DNA of 64,000 nucleotides from NCBI GenBank assembly GCA_013239625.1, contig MU053557.1, positions 5,715,842-5,779,841 of the forward strand, given 5' to 3'. The translations under genes were made by a program, and so were the position numbers. The notes under the pieces were generated by a model. That model had not been told where the DNA came from and made no database searches. It worked only from the letters and a program-made list of their open reading frames with translations. This document shows positions 12,071-26,090 of this stretch, piece by piece. The stretch is from Lama guanicoe. Its lineage: Eukaryota. Every line of letters starts with the position of its first letter. The stretch's first letter is position 1.

Positions 12071-15000
12071 AGTGAGGGAGGTTATGGTATTTGCAAAGAA
12101 ATGTCTTTCCGTTTTTTAGTTTTTTTCAAGTGCCTGGGATCTGAGCTTAAGAAAAATAGCTAGGAATGGATTTGACTCTGTGTAGATGGATTTGGGGGTT
12201 GGGTGGAGAGGGCCCTATTTTGGGGAGCTCCGTGGGCTAACAAAGAGCTTGCCCTGTGAGGAGCCTGCCCACCTTGGTCTCTGCATCAGGAGCTTCAGTG
12301 GGACCAGAGGGCGGCTGGTCTTGACCTGTTTTGTTCCCTACTCTGCACCCCCATCCCACAAACTGCCTTGTTTGTTTGCTCGGTAAACCCTTTTTTTTCA
12401 GAGCTGGTGCAAAGGTAAATTCTCATCTCAGGCCCTGTTGGAAGAAAGACAAATTCTCAACAAGTAGGGGTCTAAGTTCCTAAGGTTTTGGTTGGGCATT
12501 CCACGCTGGGAACCCACAACAGATCCCAGGTTGAGAACGAGTGCTTTATGCTTTGTTTGCTTGTTGATTTATGCATGGTTTGTGGGTCTGCTTCCAAGAA
12601 GGATCGTTGGAGAGGCTGCTTTTGATATTAAAACACACATAAAATGCATGAAAATAAAAACAGAAAGAGGTATTCAAAGGGAGCAGAGAATGGGATGTGC
12701 AGTCTGCTGGCCCTTAATTTCTGTCCTAGGTGACCACGGAGGGCGTGTGTTGCCGAAGGGCTCGTTAGCTCTGTTGCTGGGCAAGTCACAGGCCCACCTG
12801 GGCCTCAGTTTCCTCATCTGTAAAATGAGGGGAATATAAGTCGTGGTGCTGTTGTAAGGGTTGGACAATAGCATGTAGCGCAGGCATACCGTGCCTAATG
12901 AATGGAAGTTCATGTTTTAATACAGTTAACTTGGCGATTCCTCATAGGAGATTCAAAAAGGGGAAGGTGGTTGGCAAGGGCACATCACTCTTGAGTATCT
13001 TCCCTGGATGTGAGACGGCTTCTGCCTTGGAAAGCTTTCTGTGAAGTTGGGGACCAGTGTTTAGTTGCAAGAACAGCTGACATCTGGCAGTGTAAATCCA
13101 GCACTGTGTGGTGGAGGGCAGAGCTGGAGAGTTCATCTAGGACTTCTGAAATCCACAGCTGGTGGACTCCAACTTCTGGCTGAGGCTGGCCTTAGAGAAG
13201 GATGTGCAGGGTGTTAGTGGATAAGAAAATGGGCCAAGGCAGGTGGGGGTGGGGCAGGCCTGGTGGTACAACCCCAGGACGTTCTTTTCTCTCTGGGCCT
13301 CAGTGTCTCTGTGTGCTTACTACCAGCTGGACTGCACACTGTCAACCCTGAGACTCTGAGCGAGACTGCCGACAGTCCCTTGGTGGTGGCCCTGGACTCC
13401 AGGGTGACTGATAGGCAGCATCTTGGCCCCCAGCCAGGCGGCACTGCGGGGCTGTGGGGGAGAGGGTGTGCAGCAAATTCCAGCAGAGGAAGGGATCTGC
13501 TTCTGGTCTCGGCCTCCCAAGGGTGTGATTGCGCAGGAGAAACTCCCGCACAGCTGGGAAGCAAATGTGGAGGATTTTCTTTGCTGTACATGGTGGGTGG
13601 GGCAGGCTGGGGCAGGGCGGCTGTAGGGTGGGGCTGGGTAATGGGTGGTGGCGTGACTGTGCTGGGGGTGTGACAGGCTGGGAGGGGCTGGGTCAGCTGT
13701 GGGGAGTGGCCGTGGGATTGCATGTGGGGCCTGGACCTGCAGCCACTTTTCCTCCCCCAAGCCGGGTGCTCATTCACATACTGTTGAGCCTGCTTGCAGG
13801 GCTCTTCCTGCACCTCCTCTCAGCTGTCTGCTCCTTACGTGTGCCTGTGGCACAGATGCCTGTGATGCCAGCATTTGAACATATCAGCACCATGTGAGTT
13901 TACCTGTGCTTTCGTGTGCATGTGAGTATGGAGGAAGTAGGGGGCATGGTCCTGAGCAACCCAGGCAGGAAATGAAATCTGGGCTGGGTGAGCATGTGGG
14001 GCCCTGCCGTCATTCACCCCGAGGCATCATCACAGCAGAGACATCAAACCTTGGAGCCCAGAGGCCTGCATCTTCAGTGCCCAGTGCCATGCTTGGTACC
14101 TAGCGGTGTTCAGTAAGTACAGGGAGTGGATCATCTGTTTGTTTCTGACCTCCAGTGTGCTCCCAAATCTGACCTCTCTTCCTCTTTCTGGATCCACTGT
14201 TACTTTGATATGTAGCCTTGGGCCAGTACCTTCCTGAGCCTCAGTTTCCAGATTCATTAAACGGATAATCATTTTGTTAGCCTAGATCACTGTGTCCCGG
14301 GCACTGAGCAGTTTTACACACAGCATCTCTCAATCTTGGCAGCAGCCCTGCGAAATAGATTAGTTTCGCTCTATTTTACACTTGGGGAAACTGAGGCTCA
14401 GAGGGATTGAGAGATTGGCACAAAGGTCACAAGGCTTGTAAATAATGGAGGCAAGATTTAAGCCCAGGCAGGCTGGCTCCAGTTTGAGCCTTTAACAGAG
14501 GTGCTAGCAGCCACTGCTTTGCTGCCCCTCGGGTGGTTGTGGTGAAGTGGCACGATGTGCACAGCACTTTGCAGGAGGCCTGCTGCACTTTGTAGGCAGC
14601 AAGTACCTGGGAGTCAGGTGGTTAGGTGCTCTTCATCACGAAAGGCACAGGGAGCTCTTGGTGTCACTCCTGGAGCCCACCTGTCCACCCACGGCAGAGC
14701 CGGACCCCTCTCCAGTCCTGCTTTCTAGACAGTTTGGTCCCTGAGAAGTCCCTTATACCGCTGCCTCCTTCCTCTCTGAAGAGAGGATTGTGGGGGCACC
14801 AGAGCATTTTGGAGTGGGGGGTGGGGTAGGGAGTGACTTTCACCTCCAGAACAGTGGCCACAGTTACCGTGGTATTTCCCGGAAGTGCAGCGTTGCCATG
14901 GTATCTCCATGACGACCAGAGCATCTCGTTCATTATCCCCAGCACCTTGGCAGGGAAAGCTAGGCCTAGGGCTGGGAGAGCATAGTGGAAACCTGGCTGA

Positions 15001-15094
15001 GGGATGGAGGCCATGATAGCTGAGGCTCCCTGGTGCTCTCCTCCATCCCTGTCAAGATTCCCCTGTAGGCTCTAGAGCCATTGCCATCTCATGG

Positions 15095-15400
15095 GGTCTG
15101 GGTTCAAATTTCAGCTCTGCCATTGACTAGCTGTGTGATTTTAGGCAAGTGACTTAACCTCTCTGAGCCTCATTTTTCTCAACTATATTTTGTTTTTTTT
15201 TCCTCCTTAGTGGAGGCACTGGGGATTGAACCCACTGAGTTCTACAGCACCTCCCCTCATTTTCCTCAACTATAAATGTGAATAATAACAGTATTAGTTG
15301 TAAGAATTAATTGAGAGAAAGTATGAAAAAGTGCTTAACATGGTGCCAGGTTCGTGGTAAGTGCAGTAAAAATAACAATGTTAATAATTATAATAGTATT
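15095..15400 (+). mobile_element. MIR SINE interrupted by a younger tRNA SINE
   Basis: gggttcaaatttcagctctgccattgactagctgtgtgattttaggcaagtgacttaacctctctgagcctca; resumes after 15274. Confidence 0.8.
15188..15254 (-). mobile_element. Internally deleted tRNA-derived SINE, Vic-1-like (camelid), with 20-bp TSD
   Basis: Minus strand GGAGGTGCTGTAGAACTCAGTGGGTTCAATCCCCAGTGCCTCCACTAAGGAGG(A)n; flanked by CCTCATTTTYCTCAACTATA at 15168-15187 and 15255-15274. Confidence 0.75.
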
Positions 15401-18029
15401 GTTATTTTTATTATAGAAATACCTGGGCTTCATGGAGGAATGAAAGTCACTTCACTTTGCAGCCTCAGTCTCCTTATCTGTGAATTGGGAATAATAACAG
15501 CTCATTCATTCATATCCTGAGTTCTCAGTAAGGCCCTATGCTGGGGAAAGTTGTGGGAGCTTCCACGATGACTCAGACTTGTCCTTTGGGGCACCCAGGC
15601 ATGTGGGGAAGGGGAAGAAAGGAAATTGTACGTGTAGAGGGCCTGTGTGTGCCAGGTGTCATGTACCAGGCAGATCCTGCCTATGCACAGGTCAGTAAGT
15701 CCTGCCCTGCGATCTGCAGGCTCCAGAGTACGGAGCTGTGTGGAGAAACTCCAAGTCTGCGCTGCATGGATTATTCGGGTGTGTCCAGGGGCTGCTGGGC
15801 AGGATGCCAAATGGGGAAGGGAGGTTGGCTGTGGTGCCATATTAGCCTGTCAGAGGCTGGTGCCGTAAGTGCCTCAGCTGGTGGTGGCCAGTCGGGATGC
15901 ATGCCTAGTGTCACTAAAATGTGTTCTTTTTAAGGAAGTTGGAAGTTCTGACTTTCAGTTTTGATATCTCCTGATTTTAAGATGTTACAACTGATTTCAG
16001 ATTTTTTAAAATGCTGTCAAAGAACCCACATCTGTGTCCTATTTTGGCTTGAGGGTCCTGGTTTTCAGCTTCCATGCTGTGGACTGGGGATGGGGCGGGA
16101 GCCTGAAGAATGGGACATGGAAGCAGAGTAGAGGGGGGTGGATGGAGATGACTTCAGAGAGGTGATGACATTGGAACTGGGGTCTTGAAGGATGAGTAAG
16201 TGTCCCATGGGGTAGGGGGAGGCATTCCAAGCAATGGGAACTTCATTAGCAAAGGCCTAGATGCATGACCAAGATTGGTGACTCGTTGGGCGAGGCTGGG
16301 ATTTACGAAAACGTCTGGTGATGTCGGTAAGGCCCAGGGCGATACAGAGGTGTTGAGGACTCAGCCCGCAGCTGTCCTTGAGGCCTGGGTGGGGCTCCAA
16401 GGGGGTTAGAAGCCCCCCAATTTGCCATTCCTTGAACCACAGAGGTGCAGGCGGGCGTCGAGGGTCTTGAATGGCTAGTGCCAGGCCTTTGAGGGGTTGC
16501 AGTGGGGCAGTGCTGGAGGCCCCTGTTGCCAGCCTGCCGGTGGCCAGCATTTTGCCAGGTATTCGGCCTTCTCTGGGGACGGGGGCCCTCTCTCCTACTT
16601 CACCCTCTCTTGGACCTGGGCTTTGCATGGCCTCTTCTAGTCTCCTGGCCTCTGTCTGGACCCTGCCCATCCATCCAGCTCCCCGGCAAGGCATGGCTTC
16701 TGAAAATGGGGATTTGGATTCCAAGAGCTGTTAGAGACTTGAGAGAGAGCGCACGGAGCTTGGCTGTGCTTTGTGGGCTCAGTTGTTACCCACATTGTAA
16801 GTACATTAAATAAGCAACGGGAATGGATGATAGCAGTGGTTGATCCTTACTCAGCACTGCATGCCCAGCGTGCTTCTGAGTACTTCTGAAGTATCCACTC
16901 ATTTATGGGAAGTATGTCAGAGTTTCCTGTTTTGCAGATTAGGAAACTTGGGGCCCTGAGAAGTTAGATAACTTGCTCAAGATTACCCCGTTACTGAGTG
17001 GTGGAGCTTGGGTTTGAACGAAGCTGCCTGGCTCTAGTCTGCACAGGTAACTGTTAGGCTGTATTAACCTAGGGCTTTAGGGCCACAGGTGGGGTTGGGG
17101 GCACAGCATTTTGCAGCATATGTGCATATTTTTAACGGGAAAATGTTGTCAGATTCCCACAGGCGTCTGTGACCCCTAGGTGCCTGAGACTCTGCTGGTT
17201 GCATCATTGGCACACAAGCTGAAAGGCCATTAATGCAATAGACTGAAGGCCAGTGACCACAGAGCCCAGGCCTGCAGAGGAAGTGGGATTGGGTGGCCCG
17301 AGTGGGCAGGTGCCACCCCAGGCATTGACAGCAGGCAGGGCACCTTCAGGGCAGCTCTGCCTTCCCGCCCACTGGTCTCCTGTCCTGGCTCCTGGCCAAG
17401 GGGTGGGGCTCACTGTGGCTGCAGGGCAGAGGGCTGTCCTTATCAGTGGAAAAGGGGACACCGGGTGCATCCTGGGAATAAACAGAACCAGTTTATTCCT
17501 GGCTCCGCCCAGGAAGCTTGCCCCTTCTTGCCCTGCTCTCAGCTGAAATTACAGGGACTCCCTGGAAAGCTCTGCCCTGTCCCTTATCTCCAAGCTGTGG
17601 TATGTACCCCTTTCTCTTCCTACCCCTACTCAACCCTTACTTCGCCTTCTGGTCAGTTCAGGTACCACTTCCTCCAGGAAGCCTTCCTTGGTCCTCCCTC
17701 TTCTTCCTCCAAGGTGGTTAAGTGCCCCACTTCTCTCAAATACCCTCCCTTCCCTCACTGTCACACTGCATCGTAGGTGCCAGTTTTCTTGGCTGCCTCG
17801 GGTTTCCCTTGGTGCCGGCACATAGTAGGGACTTTTGTGGAATGTTACAGCATGTCAGAGGTTGTACAGCCACCAGACATCATCATGAGGCCCCTTTCTC
17901 ACAGGCAGGAAGCCCAGAAAGCAGCAGGCATGTCCCGGGTCACACGGCATGTCATGGCAAAAATGGGAGCAGACCTGATGTCTAAGATGTGTCCTTATTT
18001 CACACCCCTGCCTTTTGTTTCTGAGCACT

Positions 18030-18490
18030 TCTTTAAAAAACATTTGTTTTCTTATATTCACAAAAATAATAATTATTGTAGAAAACTTAGGAGACAAAAA
18101 GAGGAAAATAAAAATCACTCAGAGATAATTGTTAACTTTTTTTGTTTGTTTTTTGGATTTAGTACCAGTTCCTGGCTTATGCAGAACATTTTTAACAAAA
18201 ATAGGACAATGCATACTGTTTTATAAATGTTTTCCACTTTAACAATGTATGTGGTAATTATACTTCTATGTCAGTCAATGTCCTCCTTCAACATATTGTA
18301 AATGGCTGCCTGGGATTCCATCACATGCTTGCATTATAATTGCTAAAGACAGTCCCCTATTGTTGGGCATTTGCTATTATAAACAACATCCTTTGCTACT
18401 ATAAACAGCACTGGGATTCGTATTCTTGTGGGGAAATCTTTACACACTTCTGCAATTACTACCTCTAGGATAAGTTCCTAGAAGTACAGT
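18030..18490 (-). mobile_element. Ancient L1 (L1ME-like) 3' fragment
   Basis: AT-rich; cagtcccctattgttgggcattt...tttgctactataaacagcactg...taggataagttcctagaagt is typical antisense L1M 3' UTR. Confidence 0.7.
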
Positions 18491-19678
18491 TGTTGGGTCT
18501 CTATACTGTGCCCACGCTGAGCACACTGTACAGTGTTGGGTCTGGGAGGGATTTTGAAGATCTTTATCTCCAACCTGGATCTGAGGCTCACAGTCCATCC
18601 CTGGCTGTGCCAGCCCAGGCCCTCACACCTTCTGACCTTGTCCCCATCCCCCATCCTCCACGGGGAGTGCGCCTGCCAGCTTTCAGCAGCTGCTTCCACT
18701 CGTGATTAAGTGAGACCGGTACAGGTGGAGTGCCCTGGGCTGGGGAATCGGCCCAAGGGGAGGTGGGAATGCCGAGTTTTGGTTGCCTGGGTGGGCAGAG
18801 GCTCACTCAGGGTGGTGCTTCCCCTCACCTCAGGTCCCTCGGCAAGTTCGGGATCCTCAAGGCAGGGGGTTCAGTCACCTGCTGTCCGGGCTGGCGTGTG
18901 CAGCTGTGGGCATGTGCTGAGGCTGAGAGATGCCTGTTGCATTCGGGGCAATTAGCGACAGCTGCCATTTCTTAAGTGTTGCTTGTACCAAGCTCCTGGG
19001 ACAGGTTTACTCAGGTATCTCTCGCCCTGTGCTGCGGGGGTGGTGATTTCACAGGTGAGATCCCTGATGCTTGAGAGGGGCCTTCCAGCACAGCCACGCC
19101 GCTGATGCCTCCCAGCCCAGAGTTGAGTACTCGCAGGGCCTCTGTCTTTTCATCGGTCAGATGGGGCTGCTGGGCCCGTTCAGAGAGAGAGAAAGGGGTG
19201 GGGAAGCACTGCGGTAAGTGAGGGGAAGACGGTGAGGACGTGGTGTTCGGTCATGATTTAGAATTCTGCTTCTAGCTCCCAAGCCTTGCAAGCGTTTGTT
19301 GTCTCACTTTGTCTTTCCTGTTTCTGGAGTTTTCTTGGTTTCGTCTGAGACTCTGATAATTAAGAGCAACTACCGCTGTTGGCACCCCATGCTAGATACT
19401 GCTCTGTGTGATTTACACACATCACTGGACTTAATCCTCTGGCCTCCCGTGAGGTGGGTACTGTTGTCAACAAATGGGGAGACTGGGGCTCAGAGAGATT
19501 AAGGAGCTTGCCCCCCGATCGTGTACCCAGGTTGGGCAGCAGTAGTTAAACTTGGGCCCACCTCTGCCAGGCCCTGTGCGTCCACAGTCACCCGACCCCC
19601 AGAGTCCACACTGACATCCTTCTGACTCTCCTCTTCTCTCTGCAGCCTGGGCCCCAGGGGCCCCACCGAGCGAGCGGC

Positions 19679-19744
19679 ATGCGGCACCCCCGGGCCTGCC
19701 CAGTGTCCTTCGGCCCACTACCCAGCCCCCCCAGGAGGCCCTGA
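19679..19744 (+). promoter_or_regulatory. uORF1 (21 aa, MRHPRACPVSFGPLPSPPRRP*)
   Basis: ATG 19679 to TGA 19742-19744 within the 5' UTR; G at -3. Confidence 0.65.
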
Positions 19745-19791
19745 CGCCCTGGGGCACTTCTGCTGTGCACAGGACCACGTGGGGGTTTGCC

Positions 19792-19803
19792 ATGGTGACA
19801 TAA
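19792..19803 (+). promoter_or_regulatory. uORF2 (MVT*) in optimal Kozak context
   Basis: gccATGGTGACATAA. Confidence 0.7.
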
Positions 19804-19918
19804 AGGGGCGCGGAGGAAGGAAGGAGCGCAACCAGCCGCGGACTGCGCCCCTGGCTGGGAGGAAGGGCCGGGCCCGGATCCTCCTCTCCCGCTGCCCACT
19901 GCGGACCTTGCTTGCTGA

Positions 19919-20581
<663 letters not shown>

Positions 20582-21374
20582 TGAGTCTGAATCCCATGCT
20601 CACAGTGGCTAGCTGAGTGCTTGACTTCTCTCCCCTGTAAAATGGGTACAATAGCGGCACCTCCTCCTAGGGTGTATGAAGGGTGAGGGAGTGCAGGTGT
20701 GAGTAGAGATAAGGCACTTGGAGCACACAGTGCCTAGTAGGTGCTTTTAATTTTATTTTTTAAATTTAATTTTTGTTTCAAGTAGTAGGTGCTTTTTAAG
20801 TATTAGCTTTTATGAGGAGCACAAAACAGGCATTGCTTGCTGTGCATCGGACCTGGCACACAGCAGGCACGTGCCTAAGAGAGGCCCCTGGGATGGGTGC
20901 TCTGCTGGGTGCCTCGAAGCCTGTCATGGCAGTCCTCCCAAGGGATGGGATGTGTCCCCATTTTGCAGATGGGTAAACCAAGGCTCAGGAAGATGAAGTG
21001 ATGTATTTGCGGCTGTACAGCCTGTTAAGCAGGAGAGCCAGGATCTGAGCCCAGACTTTCGCATCTGGGGCTCTGTCTCCTGCGCTCTTTCCTCTTGGCT
21101 GTGGAGGGGTGTGTGGAGTTTATGCACCTCTCAAACCAGAGCCATTTTGCAGTGGAAGAAAGAGGAGAAAGAAATCCCAGTGGGCAGGTGAGCTGCTCTG
21201 GGCTCCATGGGGCACCCAGAGCGACTGTGGGCACATAGTCCTTGCTGAAAGTGTCGTGGAGAAGCTGTCCTTGGGGAGGAGGTTGGGAACAGCTGGATGG
21301 GGGATCCGGAGGGTCTGGCCAGAGAACTCTGACCTGCAAGGTGGGTTGTTGGGACTCTAATTGGATGCTCAGGG

Positions 21375-21790
21375 GTGTTTGTTTCTTCATTCAGCAAATA
21401 TTTACTGAGCGCTTACTGTGTTCCAGGTCCTCTGCTAGGCACTGGGGACACAGTGATGATCAAAGTGTGCCAAGTCCCTGCTGTCACGCAGCTGACCTTT
21501 CAATGCAGTGGGTGGGGTGGGGGACTAGACAGTGAACAAATAAACATACCATGTGGCAGGTGGTGATTAGTACAAAAAAAAAAAGCTGGGAAGGGCACAT
21601 GGGTGATAGGTATGGGCAGTTGGTGCTGGTTTTGATAAAATGGCCTGGAAAGTCATCTTTGATAAAGTGACCGGAAGGAAGTTAGAGTAGCCTGTGGCTC
21701 TGTGTGAAGGGCCTTCCAGGCAGAGGGGACAGTAAATGCACAGGTCCTGAGGCTGGCTCTTGCTTGGCCTGAATGGAGAGGAGCAGGAGA
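21375..21790 (-). mobile_element. L2 LINE 3' fragment
   Basis: ttcattcagcaaatatttactgagcgcttactgtgttccagg...ctaggcactgggga. Confidence 0.75.
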
Positions 21791-24239
21791 TGGATCAGAA
21801 GTGGTCCATGTCCACTGACAGCTGCCCGTTCAGCCCCAGGCATTGTTGGCACTGCTGCGCCCTGGCCCTGTGCTCTGTGCTGGGAGGAGCCTGGTCTAGC
21901 GGAGGGTTTCTCACAGCATGTTCTTTCATGCACTAATGGAGCAGGATGTTCTGCCATTAATAAAGGTTTTGTGGGCCAAGAAATTGAAGGCCCTTAGAAG
22001 TCCTGCAGTAGAGCAACCTGGTGAGATTTGTTCCCCAGCTGGCTTGATGACACAACCCTTTATTTCACGGCTTACCGTCTGGGAAGCGCTGGCCTGGTTT
22101 ATGGCTGAGCAGTGACAGTGTCAGGCAGCTTCATTGTCTGTTTTGCCTTTGCTTCTGGACTCTGTTCCCTTTCCTGCCGTGAACTTCATTAGGTGTGATC
22201 CAGAGTCCCAGGCCTGAAAAACATCACAATGGCTGACACTCACTGAGTGCTCACCCATCGCCGTGCACTCCTACATACTTTATGTGAATTAACACATTTA
22301 ACACTCACAAACTATCCTCCAAGCCAGGTACGTGTCGTCCTGATTTAAGAGAGAAGGAAACTGAGGCAAAGAGGGGTGAAGAAATGTGCCCACACTCACA
22401 CCTCTGATGAGCACAGATCTAGGATTTGAACCCAGGCGGTTTGGCTCCAGGGGCTTTATTCCTAACCCTGGGGGCAGGGATGTGCTCAGAGTCTCACTGT
22501 GGGGTCCGTGGCAACTCCAGGTCTTCATGCTTTTCCTGCCCTAGTGTGTAAGACAAGACCCCTCCTTGGTTCCATCTGGGGCCTGTGACTTTCTTCTCTA
22601 ACGGGAGCCCTCTGGTGGTCAAGCTGCATCTTTCAGCTCTTCTGCACAGCCTGCTTCATTGCTGTGCCTTGGGCCTGGGACTCCAGGGATCTGGAGATTT
22701 ACTTTCCAGTGCCCACTGGCACTGGATTCCCAGGTCAGTGCAAGAGCAGAAACTGAAAAGTCCAGAACCTGGTTCAACTCTTTCTGTCAGTTATAGACAG
22801 AATGGCCTTGGGCAGGGTATTCAACCCATCTGTAAAGTGGGTCCAGTCACAGCAGCTGCCCTACCAGGCCGTGTTGAAGATAAAACAGGACAGTGGGTGG
22901 GAAGCACTAGCACAGTGCCTGGTACCCAGAGCCACCCAGTAATTGGCAGCTGGCATGCCTTGTCATCTTGCTTTAGCAAACTCAGCTGATGGTAGCACTT
23001 TATCTGTCTCGTGGCTCTGGCCAGCACGTGCCCCTGAGGTCCTTGAGGGTGGGAGCGGGTCTTCCTTGGCAGCCCTGTTTCCTGGCTCAGCCTTGCAGCT
23101 CCAGGTGCCCCGGGGCTGAGCACACCCTGGGAGAGGGCAACACTCACTACATGCCAGACCCTGAACTCCTTGCTTTGTAGACTCTATCGTATGTAATTCT
23201 CACAGCTAGCTCCTCTGTGAAGTGGGCATTTTAATTTCAGGTAAGAAATTGATGCTCAAAAAGTTACATGACTATGTAGACTTGACACAGCTAGTAAGTC
23301 AGAGCCAAGATTCTGCAACCATGGTCATCCCTTCGAACCCAACCGCAAGTGAGCAGGTCAGAGCAAAGTGATGGATGGGAGACCTGAGGTCCAGAGACGA
23401 AACACCTTGGGAGCCCCAAGGTTCTCAAGATCATCCAGCTAGTTACTACCTAAATCTGTACTAGGCTCCCCATTCCCGGGCCAGGACCCTTCCTTCCTCT
23501 GCCTGATGACCCCACTGGAAGATTCGGTGTCTCCTCAGTGGGTCCCCAGTGCTAAGAAATTCCCCTCCCGTGGGGCGAGGCTTGCAGCAGAGGTCAGTCT
23601 CTGCGATGCTCGGGCTTCCTCTCCATTCTCTTCTCCAGCTGGTTCCTTTCACTGCAGACTGGGGTGGACAGTCAGCAACTTGGCTTTCTCCCCTCCTCGA
23701 CATCTCCCAGCTGGGCAGCTGGCAGAGCTGCCAGTGCCTGGCAGTCAGCTCAGGATCGGGACTTTGAAATGGGATCCCCCGGCGCCTGTGGTCCAGTGTG
23801 GCCTCCCAGGCCACAGCAGGTGATGGACAGGGCCTGAAATGTCTCTGGCCTTCACTGCCTTTGTCCCCAGGGCTGGCTTAGGGGTCACGGGGAGCCTGGG
23901 GCTGGGGGAGGAGGCCTCTCAGGATGGGGCTCTCAACGCCAGAGGCTGACTCAGGAGAGGGTGGGAAGTTGGCAGTTATTCCTGGTGTGTGGAGTCAAAT
24001 GTAGGCCCCTTATCTCAGTTTACAAGGCCAGGGCCCTGCGGGGCCTTCGTGGGAATTAGAAAAAAGCACTTCTGGGTGGAGGTTACTAGTAAAAGGCACC
24101 CTTTGAGCAGATGCATCTCCACTTGGGGCACAGAGCTCAGCCCTTAGTGGAGTGCCCTTGTTCAGCGCTCACCTGGCCAGCTCCCTAGGGTGGCCCTGTG
24201 CACCAGCCTGCCTCCGTCTCCAACCTCTTTCCATGCCTT

Positions 24240-24840
24240 TTGTCCGCTCTTGCTTTGTCCCACTCCACTCATTCTCCATACAGCAGCCAGATGGATCTTT
24301 TTAAAATGCAAATTGGAACCTGTCATCCCTCTGTTCAGAACCTTTTGATGGAGTCTTTGATGGCTTCCCACTGCCACTTCAAGCCTCTTGGGTCCTGCAG
24401 GTCTGCCCCTAGCTGACCTTTCTGTCTCATCTCCTCTTCTTCCTCTTGATCACTCTGCTGGCCTCTTGCTATTCCTTGACTGGACTGAGCACTTTCCAAC
24501 CTCGGGGCCTTTGCACTTGCTCCTACCTTGCAGCTTGGCTCCCACCTCTCCCATAGTTGATGCTTACTCATTGCTTACATCTTTGTTCAAAAATCCCTTT
24601 CTCCAGGAAGCCTCTCGTGAGCCAACTGACTGTGCCCACTTATCTACTCTTCTAGAACTATGAACCTTTTCCATGTAGCATGTGCCACATTGAAGTTTTT
24701 TTGTGTATTTCTGCAGTTTTGATTGCTCTCTCTCTTCCCTGCTCACCTTTAAGGTTCATAAAGGCAGAAGCCATGTCTCTTTTCCTCACTGGAAACTTAA
24801 CACAGTGCCTGGCACAGTGAGTAGTTGTGGAATGAACAAA
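24240..24840 (+). mobile_element. L2 LINE 3' fragment
   Basis: tccatacagcagccagatggatctttttaaaatgcaaattgg...acagtgcctggcacagtgagtag...gaatgaacaaatgaa. Confidence 0.75.
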
Positions 24841-25559
24841 TGAAACCCACAATTAATAACTGTCACTTGCCAGGAACTAGGGATCTGTCTATCCCTCTTT
24901 CTTTTAAAAAATCTAGTTACTCATCAGATATGTGTTTGCTCCCACTGGGTGTCAAGCCTGTGCTGGCACCACGGATCCAAGGTGGAAATGATGTAGCCTC
25001 TGCCCTTAAGAGGGCACAGCTTGGTGGGTGGGGAGACCCTAAACATAGTGCAGCAGCCAAAATGAGAAGTGCTGCAGCTGAGGCTTTAATGTGATCCCAG
25101 GGAGACCAGTGAAGAGATGAGGTTATATGCATTGGGTTTTGGAGGATGAGCAGGAGTTTGTCAGGCCTGGAAGACTGAAAGGAGCTGGCATAGGGAAAAG
25201 GCCAAATTATACCATATTCAGAGGCAGGTGGCTGGGAGGCTGAGGGACGGACTGAAGGAGCAGGGCCTATGAGTCTAGGGAAGAGGCAAAAGGGAGGCTC
25301 TTGGTACTATCTGCAGATCCCCAGGGAGCTGGCAGTGGAGGGCCCTGGGAGCAGAGGAATGTGCGGGGAGCTGGACTCCTGTGGGGAGTGCTAGGGGCAT
25401 ATGGGAGGTTGGGAGTGCTGTGGGGTGGAGTGTCTGCTCCTGCACCCCCAGTAGACCCTTCCTCTTTGATCTCTTCTCCATGAGCATCTGCCTAAGATTT
25501 CTCCAGAGGAAAGGACTGTGTGGCAAAGGCAGCTTGGAAACCCCAGGTGGGAAAGCCTG

Positions 25560-26090
25560 ATGGTCAGGTGTGTGGGCTCCGGGGTCAGACTGTCTGGCCG
25601 TGAGGTGTGGCTCCTCCTGACCACTGTGCGCCTGAGGGGAGCACTGCCTTCCGAGCCTTGGTTTCCTCGCCTGTGAAGTGGGATGACAGAGGAACCCGCC
25701 TCCCGAGGCTGATGCCGCTGGCCCTGTGCTAAGCACTTTGCCACCGTTAACGCTCATCCTCCTCCACCACCCCTTGAGGGATTTACCACTCTTAGCCACG
25801 TTTTCTAGCTGGGGAAGCTGAGGCACAGGGCAGTTACATAACTTGCCCAAAGCCAGGCAGTATGGTGGCAGAGTCCATGTTCTCCACTGCTAGACCTTCC
25901 TCTGTGTGATTTTGGACAAGTTACCTAGCCTTTCTGGGCCTAATCTCCTCATCTGTAAAATGGGAATGGCAGTGACACACACCTTCGTCACGGGGTCACC
26001 GTGAGGATTACCACACTCCTTCAGGTAAAGTGCACAAGCTGGTTCCTGGCTTTGGTAAGCACGTCAGATGTGTTAGCTGGTGTAGCATCA
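25560..26090. mobile_element. Cluster of MIR fragments in mixed orientation just upstream of exon 3
   Basis: gagccttggtttcctcgcctgtgaagtggg (+); gaagctgaggcacagggcagttacataacttgcccaa (-); ctcctcatctgtaaaatggg (+). Confidence 0.65.

Noticed and set aside
14170..14500. Oppositely oriented MIR pairs (also 25560-26090) as dsRNA/editing substrates
   Set aside because: The copies are short and highly diverged, so stable duplexes are unlikely.
15188..15254. tRNA gene
   Set aside because: It has an A tail and a TSD and lacks the anticodon arm, so it is a SINE.
1..19600. Numerous 60-200 aa ORFs upstream (e.g. 13214-13813, 4949-5473, 6268-6762)
   Set aside because: Low-complexity Pro/Gly/Ser-rich translations, many with GTG/TTG starts and several overlapping L2/MIR. 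No recognisable domains; expected by chance in GC-rich DNA.
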